DNA of 64,000 nucleotides from the NCBI RefSeq assembly GCF_018350175.1, contig NC_058368.1:148492001-148556000 (forward strand), given 5' to 3'. The notes beneath the pieces are model-generated. The model had not been told where the DNA came from. It saw only the letters and a program-made list of their open reading frames with translations, and made no database searches. The position numbers and the translations under genes were made by a program. Position 1 is the first letter of the stretch. Every line of letters begins with the position of its first letter. This stretch comes from Felis catus. Lineage: Eukaryota. Shown piece by piece: positions 38,703-50,617 of this stretch.

Positions 38703-38902
38703 TTTTTAAATGTTTATTATTTATCTTGAGAGAGAGAGAGCATGAGTAGGGGAGCAGTAGAGAAAGAGGGAGAGAGAGAATCTCAAGCAGGCCCTGCAGC
38801 ATCAGCACAGGGCCTGATGCAGGGCTCAATCCAATGAACCATGAAATCCTGACCTGAGCTGAAACCAAGAGTCGGATAATTGACTGAGCCAACCAGGCAC
38901 CA
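38703..38902 (-). mobile_element. CAN-SINE
   Basis: gagaatctcaagcaggccctgc...gactgagccaaccaggcacc. Confidence 0.92.
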
Positions 38903-39119
38903 TAAAGCAACAGCTTTTACAATATGTTTTATGATGTAACAGCCTACTGAACTCCCTCCAGATATTTTGGGGGTGAGAATTGTATTTTGTTTAGTTTGAT
39001 TTATTGTTTCTCTTTTGTTTGATTCATTCTTTTTATGAAAAGGTGGCATCAAGTTTTACATAGTCTTAATTTTTGCCAATATTTTAACAATGTTCTTCCT
39101 TTAGAATTACTTCAATGGA

Positions 39120-40400
39120 AATTAGTTATACCTTGTTCTACAAGGTATACAACAAACCATCTCACAACCTAAGGGCTTAAAACAACATTTATAATATCTA
39201 ACAATTTTGTGAATCAGGAATTAGGCCTGGCCTCAGCTGGAAGATTAATTAGCAGTTCCAAATAATGACATATATTGTCACTCAGTGACACTAAGCTGGG
39301 AGCTGACATGGTCTGAAGGATACAAGTTGTTTTCACTGAGATGTCTAGTGTATTGACATAGATGGCCAGAAGTCTGGGTGTAATTGGATCTTCTCTCTCT
39401 TTCCATGTTATCCCAGAGCATTTCAACATGGTTTTGTAATAGGGTAGTTGTACTTCTTCCATGGTGGTTTAGGGCTCTCAGAATGTGAAAGGTGATAGTC
39501 TTTTAAAGGAACTCTTATACACTTTTGGTGGGAATGTAAACTGTTTCCAACTGTGGAAACAGTATGGAAGTCTGTCAAAAAATTAAAAATAGACATACTA
39601 TGTGATCTAATAATTCCACTAGGGGATATTTACCCAAAGAGAACAAAAACATTAATTCAGGAGGATACAACCTCTATGTTTGTTGCAGCATTATTTACAA
39701 CAGCCAAGATATGGAAGCAACCTAAGGGCAACCATACCATGGAATGTTACAGCCATAAAAAAAAGGATGAGGTCATGCTATGTGAGAAAACATGGATAGA
39801 CCTAAAAGATACTATGTGGAGTGAAATAAGTTAGACTGAGAAATAAAAATCTCATATGGTTTCACTCATATGTGGAATCTAAAAAGAAACAAATAAGCAA
39901 ACAAACAAAGCAGAATCGGGCCTGTAAACACATAGAACAAACTGCCGGCTGCCAGAGGGATAGGGGTGGGCAGGTCGGGGACACACATAACAGGTGAAAG
40001 AGAGTGGAGATACAGGCTTCCAGTTATAGAATGAAAGTGTTGTGGGAATAAAGGGCATAGCATAAAGAATAGAGTCAATAATATTGTAATAGTGTTGTAT
40101 GATATCAGAAGGTACCTACACTTGTGAGCATAGCATAATGTTTAAACTTGTCAAATCACTGTTTTGGACATGTAAAACTAATGTAACATTGTATGTCAAC
40201 TATACTCATATAAAAAAATTAATAAAATTTTTAAAAGAATAAAATAAAATAAATAAAATATAAAAGGCATATTTTCACCTTCACCATATTGTAGTAGTCA
40301 AAACACTCATACAGTAGCCCAAATTTAAGATGAAGAGAAACAAACCTCACATTGTCAAGGGAGAAATGCCAAAAAATCTGCAAACACGAAAATCCATCAG
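39120..40400 (-). mobile_element. MaLR LTR (MLT1H-like), split by an L1
   Basis: aacaaaccatctcacaacctaagggcttaaaacaaca...gaatcaggaatt; resumes after 40265 with caccttcaccatattgtagtagtcaaaac. Confidence 0.7.
39505..40262 (+). mobile_element. 5'-truncated L1 3' end (L1MA9/L1_Carn-like)
   Basis: ORF2 C-terminal remnant (track ORF 39553-39834), gatacaggcttccagttata 3'UTR, (AAAAT)n tail. Confidence 0.9.
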
Positions 40401-40494
40401 AAATTTTATTTCTTCACAAATCTTTCACATTTTCCTCCCATGATAAATATTATGAGACATACTTTTGAAACACATAAAGGTTTATTTTCTAGCT

Positions 40495-40690
40495 TAAAAG
40501 TAGGCAAACTTTTTCAGAAAGGGCCAGGGAGTGAGTGTGTTAAGCTCGTAAGCCATACAACCTGTCACAATTATTCAACTGCTGTTGTAACACAACAGTC
40601 ATAGATGGTATATAAATAAATGGGTGCAGCTAGTTCTATTACTTACAAAAATACATGGCTAGCCCAAGGGCCATAATTTGCCAATTCCTG
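40495..40690 (-). mobile_element. MER58A-like MITE
   Basis: ggcaaactttttcagaaagggccag...ggccataatttgccaattcctg with terminal inverted ends. Confidence 0.8.
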
Positions 40691-40939
40691 GTGTAGCCAC
40701 CAGGTTCTATATTTTTTTGATGTCTTAAAAAAAGATGATTCTCAGAGATTATTTTGCTGGGAAAAACTGGGGATTTGTAAGAGTTTTATTTTTAAACCTA
40801 TTAAGCCTTGGCTCATTTTTTCCCCAAAGTCTTTTAAAGAAAACAGTTACTTTTATTAATTCAAATTTTTCCTTTCAAATTTTATCATGAGCAACTAGAA
40901 GAAGTTAGTTGGCACATTATGTATTTTAATTAAGAATAC

Positions 40940-41600
40940 CCCCCCCCAGTCTGACTCGTGAGCCCAATAAGTACCCTTTCTCTGTTCCACATCATTACAA
41001 GTAACAGTGTTGACAAACACTTTGAACTATGCTTTGAACTATAGCATATGTAACCTTGTTGCCCTTCCCAATAACAGCATCCTCACTGCTATTCACAACC
41101 TCACCAACAATCTCTCTTTGGCCCTTCCATTTTTCCCTAATACTCTCCTCAAGATTTTTTGAACATTTACTAACAGCCTCCTTGAGAATCTTCCAGTTTT
41201 TATGTCTATCCTGTCCCAAGATAATCTCACATCCTTTAGCTTTTCGTAACGACAATACACAACTTTTGATTCCATATTCTATCACTGTTAGATTTCACTG
41301 AATAACAAACTACCTCAAAATCTAGTACCTTAAAACCACCAAACATTTTAATATAGCTCATGATTTTTCTTGGTTGGAAATTGGGACATGGCTCTGCTGA
41401 GTGATTCTTCCGTTCCATTTGGAGTCAACCCATGTCACCAGGTTGCCGCTATTCAGAGGGCAGCTAGACTGCTCTGGAAAATATATGGTGTCTTCATCTG
41501 CATGCCTGGCATCTTGGCATATGTATAACCTGACATCTTGGCAGAGGTGGATATAAGACTTGACTTTAGCTAGACCACTTTTACTCTTTCCAAATAGTTT
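40940..41600 (-). mobile_element. MaLR LTR (MLT1F/G-like) with adjoining internal-region remnant
   Basis: LTR end aataacaaactacctcaaaatctagtaccttaaaac from ~41280; 41040-41275 resembles the start of MLT1-int (ccaataacagcatcctcactg...actaacagcctcc). Confidence 0.65.
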
Positions 41601-41714
41601 CAGGGACTCTATATATGGCCTATTTCCCTTTTTTTTTCCCAAAATGATTGATGGATGATTGATCAGTTCCATTCTTTTATTTGTTCTAATTATGTGGTAC
41701 AGTATTGTCATGTA

Positions 41715-41845
41715 TATTTTTTGTTTATTTTTTATTTTGTTTGTTTTCAAATTTTAGTTACTTAACATATTGGTTTGAGGAGTAGAATTTAGTGATTCAT
41801 CACTTACATATACTACCCAATGCTCAACATAACAAGTGTTTTCTC
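41715..41845 (-). mobile_element. Very short carnivore L1 3' end
   Basis: T-rich tail, then ggagtagaatttagtgattcatcacttacatatactacccaatgctcaacataacaagtg. Confidence 0.8.
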
Positions 41846-43495
41846 AAAATATTTACTTTGTATTTAGAAAAATACATGTCACTTCTATCACTCTTCTTTG
41901 ACACATGCATCTCTGATCATTTAGTATGATTGTTTTTATTTATTCTATGGACCACAGAGAATAAAAACTCATAAACTATTTCACCAGAGTTGTGTGTTTA
42001 TGGATGATGGCAGTGGTGGCACAATTTAGATTTTATGAAGTTAAATCTATATTCAGTTCTTTTTATAAAGTCTGAAAGAAGGAGATAAATAATTAACATA
42101 ATATTAAAATCTATTATTCTTTATAAACCACCTAAAATATGTGGGGTCTAGAGAATATGGTCCATTTTCCAGTCTACTGCCTTAATGACTCAGTGCACAG
42201 GCAAATATATGCCTGGAGCAAAGAAGTGGTGTTGAGAGGTAAATCACTTTAGAGAGTAGACTGGTTATGATTGAAATTAGGAAGGAAGAATGACTTGTTG
42301 TAGCCCCTGAAACTGAACGGTAGGATCAGGGGAAATGAATCTTGTTTATTCTTATCCTGAAATAACCCCTTAAATGCCCTAAAACCTCTAGTGCATTATA
42401 CTATAATATATTGACATGCGAACCAGAACTATCAAAGCATTAATTTGTGATTCAAGTTGTATTCTTCCTGTGTTTATCTTAGGCAGACCTATTTAACCAT
42501 TCTTGAATTACCTTCTTAAAAATCTTGTTACCCACCTGTTAAAAGTTAAAATCTTCTTGCAACTGATTTATAAAACAATAGATATAAAATCAGATATAAG
42601 CTGTTAGCCAATGAATATGACATATGTTGAGCAATTATTTAGGACAATTGTCATCTATAAAAAAGCAAAGATCAAATCTAATAAAGCTGTGACTTTTTTA
42701 AAAAATGAGATTTTCAGATGAGAATGCAAGTGGTGAAAATGGAATAATTTATTCCATAATGTGCAACATTAAATTAAAATTAACATCATCTCTATATATC
42801 CTCATAAAGGAATTTACTATGATTTGTAAGAAGGCTTACATTTGGTCCCTAAGATTAAAATTTCATCAATATGTCTCTCATTTTACATAATTCAGGAAAT
42901 TGAAATTTTTAGAAAAGGCTTAGCTATTTGTCTTCTTGTGGAAGTTCAGCAAAAGCTTACTGATTAATACATCTGTACAGCAGCCAGCCAATGGGTGGCC
43001 TCTGATAAATCTGATTATTACTGTATCAAATAAATGGCTCATTTATCAGCCTTTGTATACCCTGGATGTCTGTGCACATGTTGGAGAAAGATAATCACAC
43101 AGTGCTTGGAACAAACAAATTGGTCCATTTTCGCTAGTTTTGTAATAAGAAAAAAAAAAACAACTGGATAGGACAGATCAAGGGTTCTCAGTTAAAAGGA
43201 ATTTCATTTTGAAACCCAGTTAGGAAAAAGCCCAGGAAACAGACTCTGTAAAGCTTAATGTTACGAGTAGAAATTAAGTATATATTTTAAAATTAAATCA
43301 TGCTAACATGCTTTAAATTGATTTCCTCATTTTCAGTAAGTTCTTATGCTGAACATATTCATGCCTCAATAATAATTTCTTCAAAGATAAATAACCTATA
43401 TTAAAAGGTTTTATGTTATTGTGCTATGTCTCATAATCAAGGGTTTCTCTCTCTTCCACCAACTGACAAACTCTAAATTTGAGAAAATTAAAAAA

Positions 43496-43496
<1 letters not shown>

Positions 43497-43526
<30 letters not shown>
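43497..43526. repeat. (AT)n microsatellite
   Basis: Direct observation. Confidence 0.9.
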
Positions 43527-45726
43527 GTTTGTTTTTTTATCTATCATCTATCTAACTCTATATAATTTGAAAGGAATATATTAAAAGAAGTGGCATTATT
43601 TGCCTTTCTATTCGCACATATGATAAAGCAGTGTATTATATAAAATATTTTTGAAAGAACTGTGGGATTTGTTTAGTATTCGTGTATTATATGTAATAAA
43701 ACAAGGATAAATATTCATACAAAGAATAATTTAATGTTGAATTACAATGCCTTGAATTTGCCAAAAGTTAATGTTCCTAAATTTGAAAGTTAACTTTTAT
43801 GTTAATTTCTACCAATCAATTCTTGCCAAGTGTTTTTCAGATAAGAGAAAATAAAATACTGAAGAAGTGATACTCAGATCACACGAAATAGTGAGATAAT
43901 TCAGTTACACAGAGGTAATGAATTCCAAATGATATAGTGAAAAGTACAACATAAATGTAATGCAGGGAATTGAATCTAATAACACGCATGCACATTTGTC
44001 TTTATTGAGGCAAACTCTTGAATTCAAAATGGTGACATCCAAATTGTTAATATATATTTCACAAGACTCAGGATTGTTAATATGCAAGCATAAATCAAAG
44101 TAATCACATTATGAAATTTTCTTCTATTAAATAATAAAAAAATTGTTTTAACTTTATAGAGAGTATGCAGATTTCCATCCTTAAATCAGCATTTAACTTT
44201 GGAAATTATCCTTTATGTAAATAAGTACTATACATCTACTACTTTGATATAAGCGATATTCTGTATACGTTAATGTCCTTTTCAGGTTTTTATATACCTT
44301 TATATTATTATTATTATAGAAATAATGTATCTGTGTATATTAATATATGAATGTCTATGTATAGACATATGTTAAGATATGTAATTTCTCAACACATATA
44401 GTTAATCTGAGGACCAAACTGCTGACAGTGGCTCCATTCTCTGACTCAGAGATATTAGGATGGATGAAATAAAACTTTCACGATGTGTTCTATATATTTA
44501 TGTTAAATTCTTGTATTATTCATATACTACATATGCAATTGAGTAAATTCTGAAAAATGTTTTTGAATGCCTAGTCTTCTCATGTAAATTGCAATATGGA
44601 AATAAAATTATGTTGCCATCTTTGTAATGTTTAAACTGAATCTATGACATCGTTTTATCTCCTATGATTCTCTTATCCTGTTTCAAATTTTTTTGATCCC
44701 TTGACGTTAGTATTTTTTGTATACCTAAAATGTGCCATTTGTAATACTAAATCCCAGTAGCCTTTTGCCCTTTGTCCTCAATAGATCACTTTCAAGTGAT
44801 TGTAAGAATTATTGTTACATTCTTTCAGAATGAACTAGTTACTTCTTGTTCTTCAAGTCAGTAATCTCATTATAAAAAATTACAGTTACCAAATAGCTAG
44901 CTTCCTAAGGCTTTCTACATAATTTGCTTATCATTATACTTATGTTTTTTAGCTCCAATAAATATTTATAAAATATATTTCATAAATTTATCTCAACTAC
45001 ATGGAACTATATGCTAAATCACTCCCTAAAATAACATGTCAAATAACTGAAGAGTATTTTTCAGGAGGCAAAGATATTTCTAAAGCATTCATAGTTATAT
45101 AACTCATGGAAGATATTCAGAATTTATCAGCAGTCATAATTACATTCATGTTTTCAACATACCATTTCCTTTATGTTGTTATGAATTTCCAAAATTCATA
45201 GATCTTGAGATAAGATTTCCATATGAACTATCTCATAGTATATTGCTTTCCTAGTTTTATAATCCATAATTCACAAGAAATCATTTAACTATTTGAACCT
45301 AAACTAAACTAATACATTTCAAGTCAGAGTCACAGTTTCAATTCCTGTTATTGAGGAATAGATGTAATTTTTGATGGACTAAGAGGAGGGAAAATAAAGG
45401 ACTCCAAGATAATGATTAAAAAACACATATGTATGTATGTGCACATGTTTGAATGTCTTGTTTTGTGTATATGTATCTATGTTTATATGTTCATTTTCAT
45501 TCAAATCATGTTCAGTACAAAGAGACACCAAGACAAATTTGTGTAAATTGACTGCTAGTAATGTGAACAAGAACATTAATGGTATTTGAGTCATTAAACT
45601 CATAAAAGTGACAGTGAATATTACAATTCTGAAAAGAAATTTAAACTTGTTATTACAATAACACATACAAATTCCCAAGGTATTAAGATTAAGCAGTTCT
45701 ATCATTAAAAAAGTATAACAGATGTT

Positions 45727-45877
45727 GAACCTGGGTGGATCAGTCAGTTGAGTGTCCAACTCTTATGATAGTGGCATTGATCACTATGTTGGGTTCTGTA
45801 CTGAGCATTGAGCCTGCTTAAGATTTTCTTTCTCTATCCCTGTACTCTTTATTCCCACTCATGCTCTCTCTCTCTAA

Positions 45878-45916
<39 letters not shown>
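45727..45916 (+). mobile_element. Old degenerate CAN-SINE with (AAT)n tail
   Basis: cctgggtggatcagtcagttgagtgtccaactctt...gagcctgcttaagatt...ctctctaaaat(aat)n. Confidence 0.85.
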
Positions 45917-45918
<2 letters not shown>

Positions 45919-46204
45919 CTATCATAAATGTAAGATTAAGACATGGGAATGAAAAAAATAAAAAATATATATACCACAACTCAAGGAATGAAATAATTAA
46001 GCAGTCAAGCAATATCCTTTTAACTTGGTGACCACAAATTATGTGGCTTAACATTTATCTGTGATATCAAAAGAATGAAGTTTCTCAGAACAACATGCTT
46101 CCTTCTTTCAAGACATAATGGTCTATTACAGGGATTGCCAAAGTTTACATTAATGTAAATCCTAAAATAATTTTGAAAAAGATATACACTTTGTCACATT
46201 TTCT

Positions 46205-46950
46205 TTAATGGCATATCATTTGTATGCAACAAACTTTAAAATGTACAGTTGGGTGAGTTTTGCCAGATGTAAACACTTATGAAGCCACCAAAACAAAACA
46301 GAACATTTCTGTCACCCCATAGCTTTCTCGTGTTGCTTTATAGTCAAACCCATCACTGGCTTCAGACAGCCTTTTTGTCACTATCTTCTCAGATTTTCAA
46401 AAAACGTGTGTAATCATATGGTATGCACTGTTTTATGTTTAGCTTCCCCTGTCAGGATGATTTTGAAAGTTATACCTGTTGCATGTATCAACAGTCTGTT
46501 CCTTTTTGTTGCTGAGAAGAGTGTTCTATTGCATGGATGCATTACATTTTGTTGGTTCATTCATCTGCTGATTAAACTTTTAGGTTATTACCAAGTTTTA
46601 GTTATTAAAAGTAAAACTGATGTGAACACTTTGGTACTTTTTTTGTCTAGATATGTCTTTTATTTTCCTTTTTTGGGGAAAAAGATACGTAGGAGAGAGA
46701 AGTCTCCATCTCTAGGTAAGTGGATGTTTCACTCTCTAGGAGGTACACTGTTTTCCAAAGTAGCTATACACTTTCTATGTCCTGCCAAAAATGTTCTCAA
46801 AATTTACTACTAACAGTCTTTTCATTTTAAACTTTCTCTATGATATCTAGCTGTATCAACTTATGGTTTTAATTTGCTTTTCCTTTATAACAATGTGAGC
46901 ATTTTCATGTGTTTATTACCCAATCTAACATCCCCTTTTGTTAACTATTT
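46205..46950 (-). mobile_element. Old L1 3' end (L1ME/L1MC-like)
   Basis: aaatgtacagttgggtgagttttg...gttgcatgtatcaacagtctgttcctttttgttgctgag...tggttttaatttgc; probably resumes at ~48490-48600. Confidence 0.8.
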
Positions 46951-47009
46951 TTAATGTTTGTTAACTGTATCATTTATTAACATAAATTGTAACTAAAATT
47001 TTATGCCTA

Positions 47010-47471
47010 TTACTGGGGAGTGAAAGGGTCAAGCTTTTTCACAGAAAAATTCCAAAAAATTAATTTAGATATCCTTCCCTCCAGGAGCCTGAGCCTACTT
47101 CTCCTCCTTTTGAGCACTGGCTGGATTTAGTAACCCACTTCAAACAAACAGTGTGCAGAAAGACAGGCAGGGAGCACCCAATAACTATTAGACAGTAAAA
47201 ACTGGTAAAATGTTATCTTAACCTAAAGTGTTTGAGGTTAACATCATTTGTGATAAATAGTGTTGATATGAAGTATCCCATAATATGATGCAATGAAATA
47301 CACTATGATCCAGTAACTCCACTATTGGATATATACCCAAACTAATGAAAACATTAATTCAAACATATATGCATCCCTATGTTTTTTGCAGCATTATTTA
47401 CAATAGTCAAGATATAGAATCAACCTAAGTGTCTACCCATAGACAAATGGATAGAGAAGTTGTAGTACACA

Positions 47472-47526
<55 letters not shown>

Positions 47527-48480
47527 AATGTTATGCAGCAATGAAAAAGGATGAGACTGCCATTTAAGACAACATGGATGGACCTACAGGGTGTTATGCT
47601 AAGTAAAATAAGTCAGACTGAGAAATACATATATCATATGGTTTCACTTGTATGTGGAATCTTAAAAAAAATAATAAACAAATGGAAAGCAGCACCAGAT
47701 CTATAAATACAGAGGAGAAACTGATAGTTTCCAGAGAGGAGCTAATGAGGGGATGGGAAAAATGTGTGAAGGGGAGTGAGAAATTCAGGTTTCCAGTTAT
47801 GGAATGAGTAAGTCACAGGAATAAAAGACACAGCATAAGGAACACAGTCAATGATATCGTAATAGTATTACGTGGTGACAGATGATAGCTACACTTGTGG
47901 AAAACATAGCATTACGTACAAACTTGTTGCATCACTATATAGTACACCTGAACTAACGTAACACTGTGTGACAACTACACTTAAATAAAAGAAAAAAGAA
48001 AAAGAAAAAGAAAGCACTTCCCCTTTGTGGTATTCTTCCCAAAACCCAAAGTCCCAGTCTACTCATGAGAAAACATGAGTTTTCTAAATTGAGGGACATT
48101 CTACACAATACCCTATACATTCTATATAAAAGTGGTAAGGTCATGAAGATCAAGGAAAGAGTAAGCAACTGATTAAGAATAAGAGTAAGCAAAGAGTAAG
48201 GAGACTAAAAAGATAAAGAGTCATGGTACCTAAATTCAACATGGTATCCTGGATTGTATCATAGAACAGAAATAAGGACGTTAGCAGAAAAAACTGGTGA
48301 AGTCCAAATAGAATATGTACTTGAGGTAATAATTTAGTACCAATAGTAATTTCTTAGATTTTCAATATCTTATTACCATATAAAATGTTAATGTTAAGGG
48401 AAACTGAGGAAAAGAACAGAAACTCTCTATCTTTGTAACTCTTCTCTAAATGTGAAATTACATCAATATGACAATATTTT
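47010..48480 (+). mobile_element. Old L1 3'UTR (L1MC/L1MD-like), split by a younger L1
   Basis: ccctccaggagcctgagcctacttctcctcctttt...; resumes at 48011 with cacttcccctttgtggtattcttcccaaaaccc...aattgagggacattctaca. Confidence 0.8.
47305..48010 (+). mobile_element. 5'-truncated L1 3' end (L1MA9/L1_Carn-like) with (CA)n
   Basis: atgatccagtaactccactattgg...caggtttccagttatggaatgagtaagtcacagg...(GAAAAA)n tail; same type as 39505-40262. Confidence 0.9.
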
Positions 48481-48621
48481 TAAAAATCTTATGACCATTT
48501 TAGCTTTTCTGTATTTTTTTTTAGGTTTTAAGAGTTCTTTGCATAATCTTAGTGCAAGTCTTCTTCAGACATATATATATCTCATTAACTCAACCTTTTC
48601 TTTTTAAAGTTGCAATTTGTG

Positions 48622-48840
48622 CATGGCACGTGAGTGGCACAGTTGGTTAAGTGTCCGACTTTGGCTCAGGTCATGATCTCATGGCTTGTGAGTTTGAGCC
48701 CCATGTCGGGCTCTGTGCTGACAGCTCAGAGCCTGGATCCTGCTTTGGATTCTGTGTCTCCCTCTCTCTCAACGTCCCCCACGAACACTCTGTCTCTCTT
48801 CTCTTCCTCTCAAAAATAAATACACATTAAAGAAAAAAAG
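48622..48840 (+). mobile_element. CAN-SINE
   Basis: gtggcacagttggttaagtgtccgactttggctcagg...; flanked by aagttg(c/t)aatt. Confidence 0.93.
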
Positions 48841-48959
48841 TCAAGTTGTAATTAGTTTTCATTATTAAAATATGTTAGGGGCAAAATTATTTTAAATATG
48901 TACTTTCTAGAGAGTTGTAAATATTTTTATTATGATATAAAATTCTTTTATAACCTCTC

Positions 48960-49057
48960 TCTATATATAATATATATATATTATATATAAAGTATATATA
49001 TACATATATATATAAAGTATATATATATTTATATATATATACATATATATATACTTT
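48960..49057. repeat. (TA)n-rich palindromic low-complexity tract
   Basis: Direct observation. Confidence 0.9.
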
Positions 49058-49124
49058 CCATACTGTAGTAAAGAACCTGATTATCCATTTTAAAAGTACA
49101 AAAAGAAGTTTGTGTATATTAAGA

Positions 49125-49214
49125 TTTTTTTAATGTTTAATTATTTTTGAGAGACAGAGTGAGTGGGGGGTAGGGGGCAGAGACAGAGGGAGACACAGAA
49201 TCCGAAGCAGGCTC
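49125..49214 (-). mobile_element. 5'-truncated CAN-SINE (3' half only)
   Basis: tttttgagagacagag...gacacagaatccgaagcaggctc, then stops. Confidence 0.88.
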
Positions 49215-49215
49215 A

Positions 49216-49458
49216 TTTTTTTTAATTCTTTTTAAAAAATGTTTTCTTTAAATTTTTTTCAATGTTTATTTATTTTTGAGACACAGAGACAGAGCATGAG
49301 TGGGAAGGGGCAGAGTGGGGGGGACACAGAATCCAAAGCAGGATCCAGGCTCTGAGCTGTCAGCACAGACCCCAATTCGAGGCTTGAACCCATGAACCAT
49401 GAGATCATGACCTGAGCCAAAGTCAGCCACTTAACTGACTGAGCCACCTAGGTGCCCC
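49216..49458 (-). mobile_element. CAN-SINE
   Basis: Complete antisense body ending gagccacctaggtgcccc. Confidence 0.95.
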
Positions 49459-49879
49459 TAAACTTTTTTTTTAACTTAACTTTTATCATGTGCTTTCTCC
49501 ACAGTTTATACAATAGTAATATGTGCAAATTTTCATTAAACACTACATTACTTTTTTTCAATGAAACTACTATCTGAATTAAATGAATTTTTTTTTAATT
49601 TTCAAAGACATAGTTACTAGAAATTGTTCTTGAACTGTGATATAAAAGTATCAGTGCTATGATTTTTAAAACATAAATACATTATACATTAAATAATTAT
49701 AAAATATAAAAGTGTAATATTATTAGAAAACACCTCTTAATGAGCTATACAGTTTTACAGGGTTCAGGATTCAGCTTTAACTCACTCTTTCATTCTTTCT
49801 TCCTTTCTTTCTTATGTTATAAATGCTGACAGTTATTTTCTATAAATTTATTGATGAGAATGTAATTTTAGTTGAAAAT

Positions 49880-50397
49880 ATTTTTATTATTTTCTATATG
49901 TAACAAAACACTCAAAAATTTAGAGGCTTAAAGAACAGCAATGTGTTTTTCCCATTCTGTAGGTTAACCAGGAAATTCTGCTTCATGCGGTATCAGCTAA
50001 GGTGATAAGATGTTTAGAAGGCCCAAAGTTCTCATTCAAGAGTTTGGCAGAGTCTATAATAACTAGGACTTAAGCTGAGGCTGCCAGTTGGGGTCTCATT
50101 TCTCTTCCACATAAGCCTCCTTAGGTGGCTGTTTATACTTTCTTCTGTTATGGTAGCATCCCAAGCTGTAGAGGAAAAACCTGCACATGTCTTAATGCCT
50201 AACTTTAGAAGGTGTACAGCCTCATGTCAGGTCCACTGTATTCTACTACTTAAAAGAGGATAAAAAGCCAACACAGGAATTTGATCAAACAGATGAAAAA
50301 CTGACTTCATTTCTTGATGTGGGATTGAAAGTCACATTGGAAAGAATATGATGTGTGGGAAATACTGTTGGTCGTCCTTGGAATCACAAACTACCAT
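49880..50397 (-). mobile_element. MaLR LTR (MLT1G/H-like)
   Basis: tgtaacaaaacactcaaaaatttagaggcttaaa...ctcatttctcttccacat...cttggaatcacaaactacca. Confidence 0.65.
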
Positions 50398-50429
50398 GCC
50401 AAATGTCATGCAATTCTTTCTATGTGTGC

Positions 50430-50617
50430 ATAGAATGGAGGTCACGTGAATATAAAAGGAGAGGTCAGCCACCCGCAAGCCAATAAGCCCTTACAGAAAC
50501 TAAAGTTACTGACACCGTGGTCTTGAGCTTCTAGCCTCCAAAGCTGAAAAATTAAATTTTGGTTGTTTGAGCCACCCAGTCTGGTATTATGTAATGGAAG
50601 TCCTAGCTAAACAATAC
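50430..50617 (+). mobile_element. MaLR LTR 3' part (MLT1A/B-like)
   Basis: ctgacaccgtggtcttgagcttctagcctcca...gtttgagccacccagtctggtatt...cctagctaaacaatac. Confidence 0.75.

Noticed and set aside
45379..46813. 126-aa and 135-aa hydrophobic ORFs
   Set aside because: AT-rich chance frames; the second is antisense old L1 3' sequence; no domain or splice support
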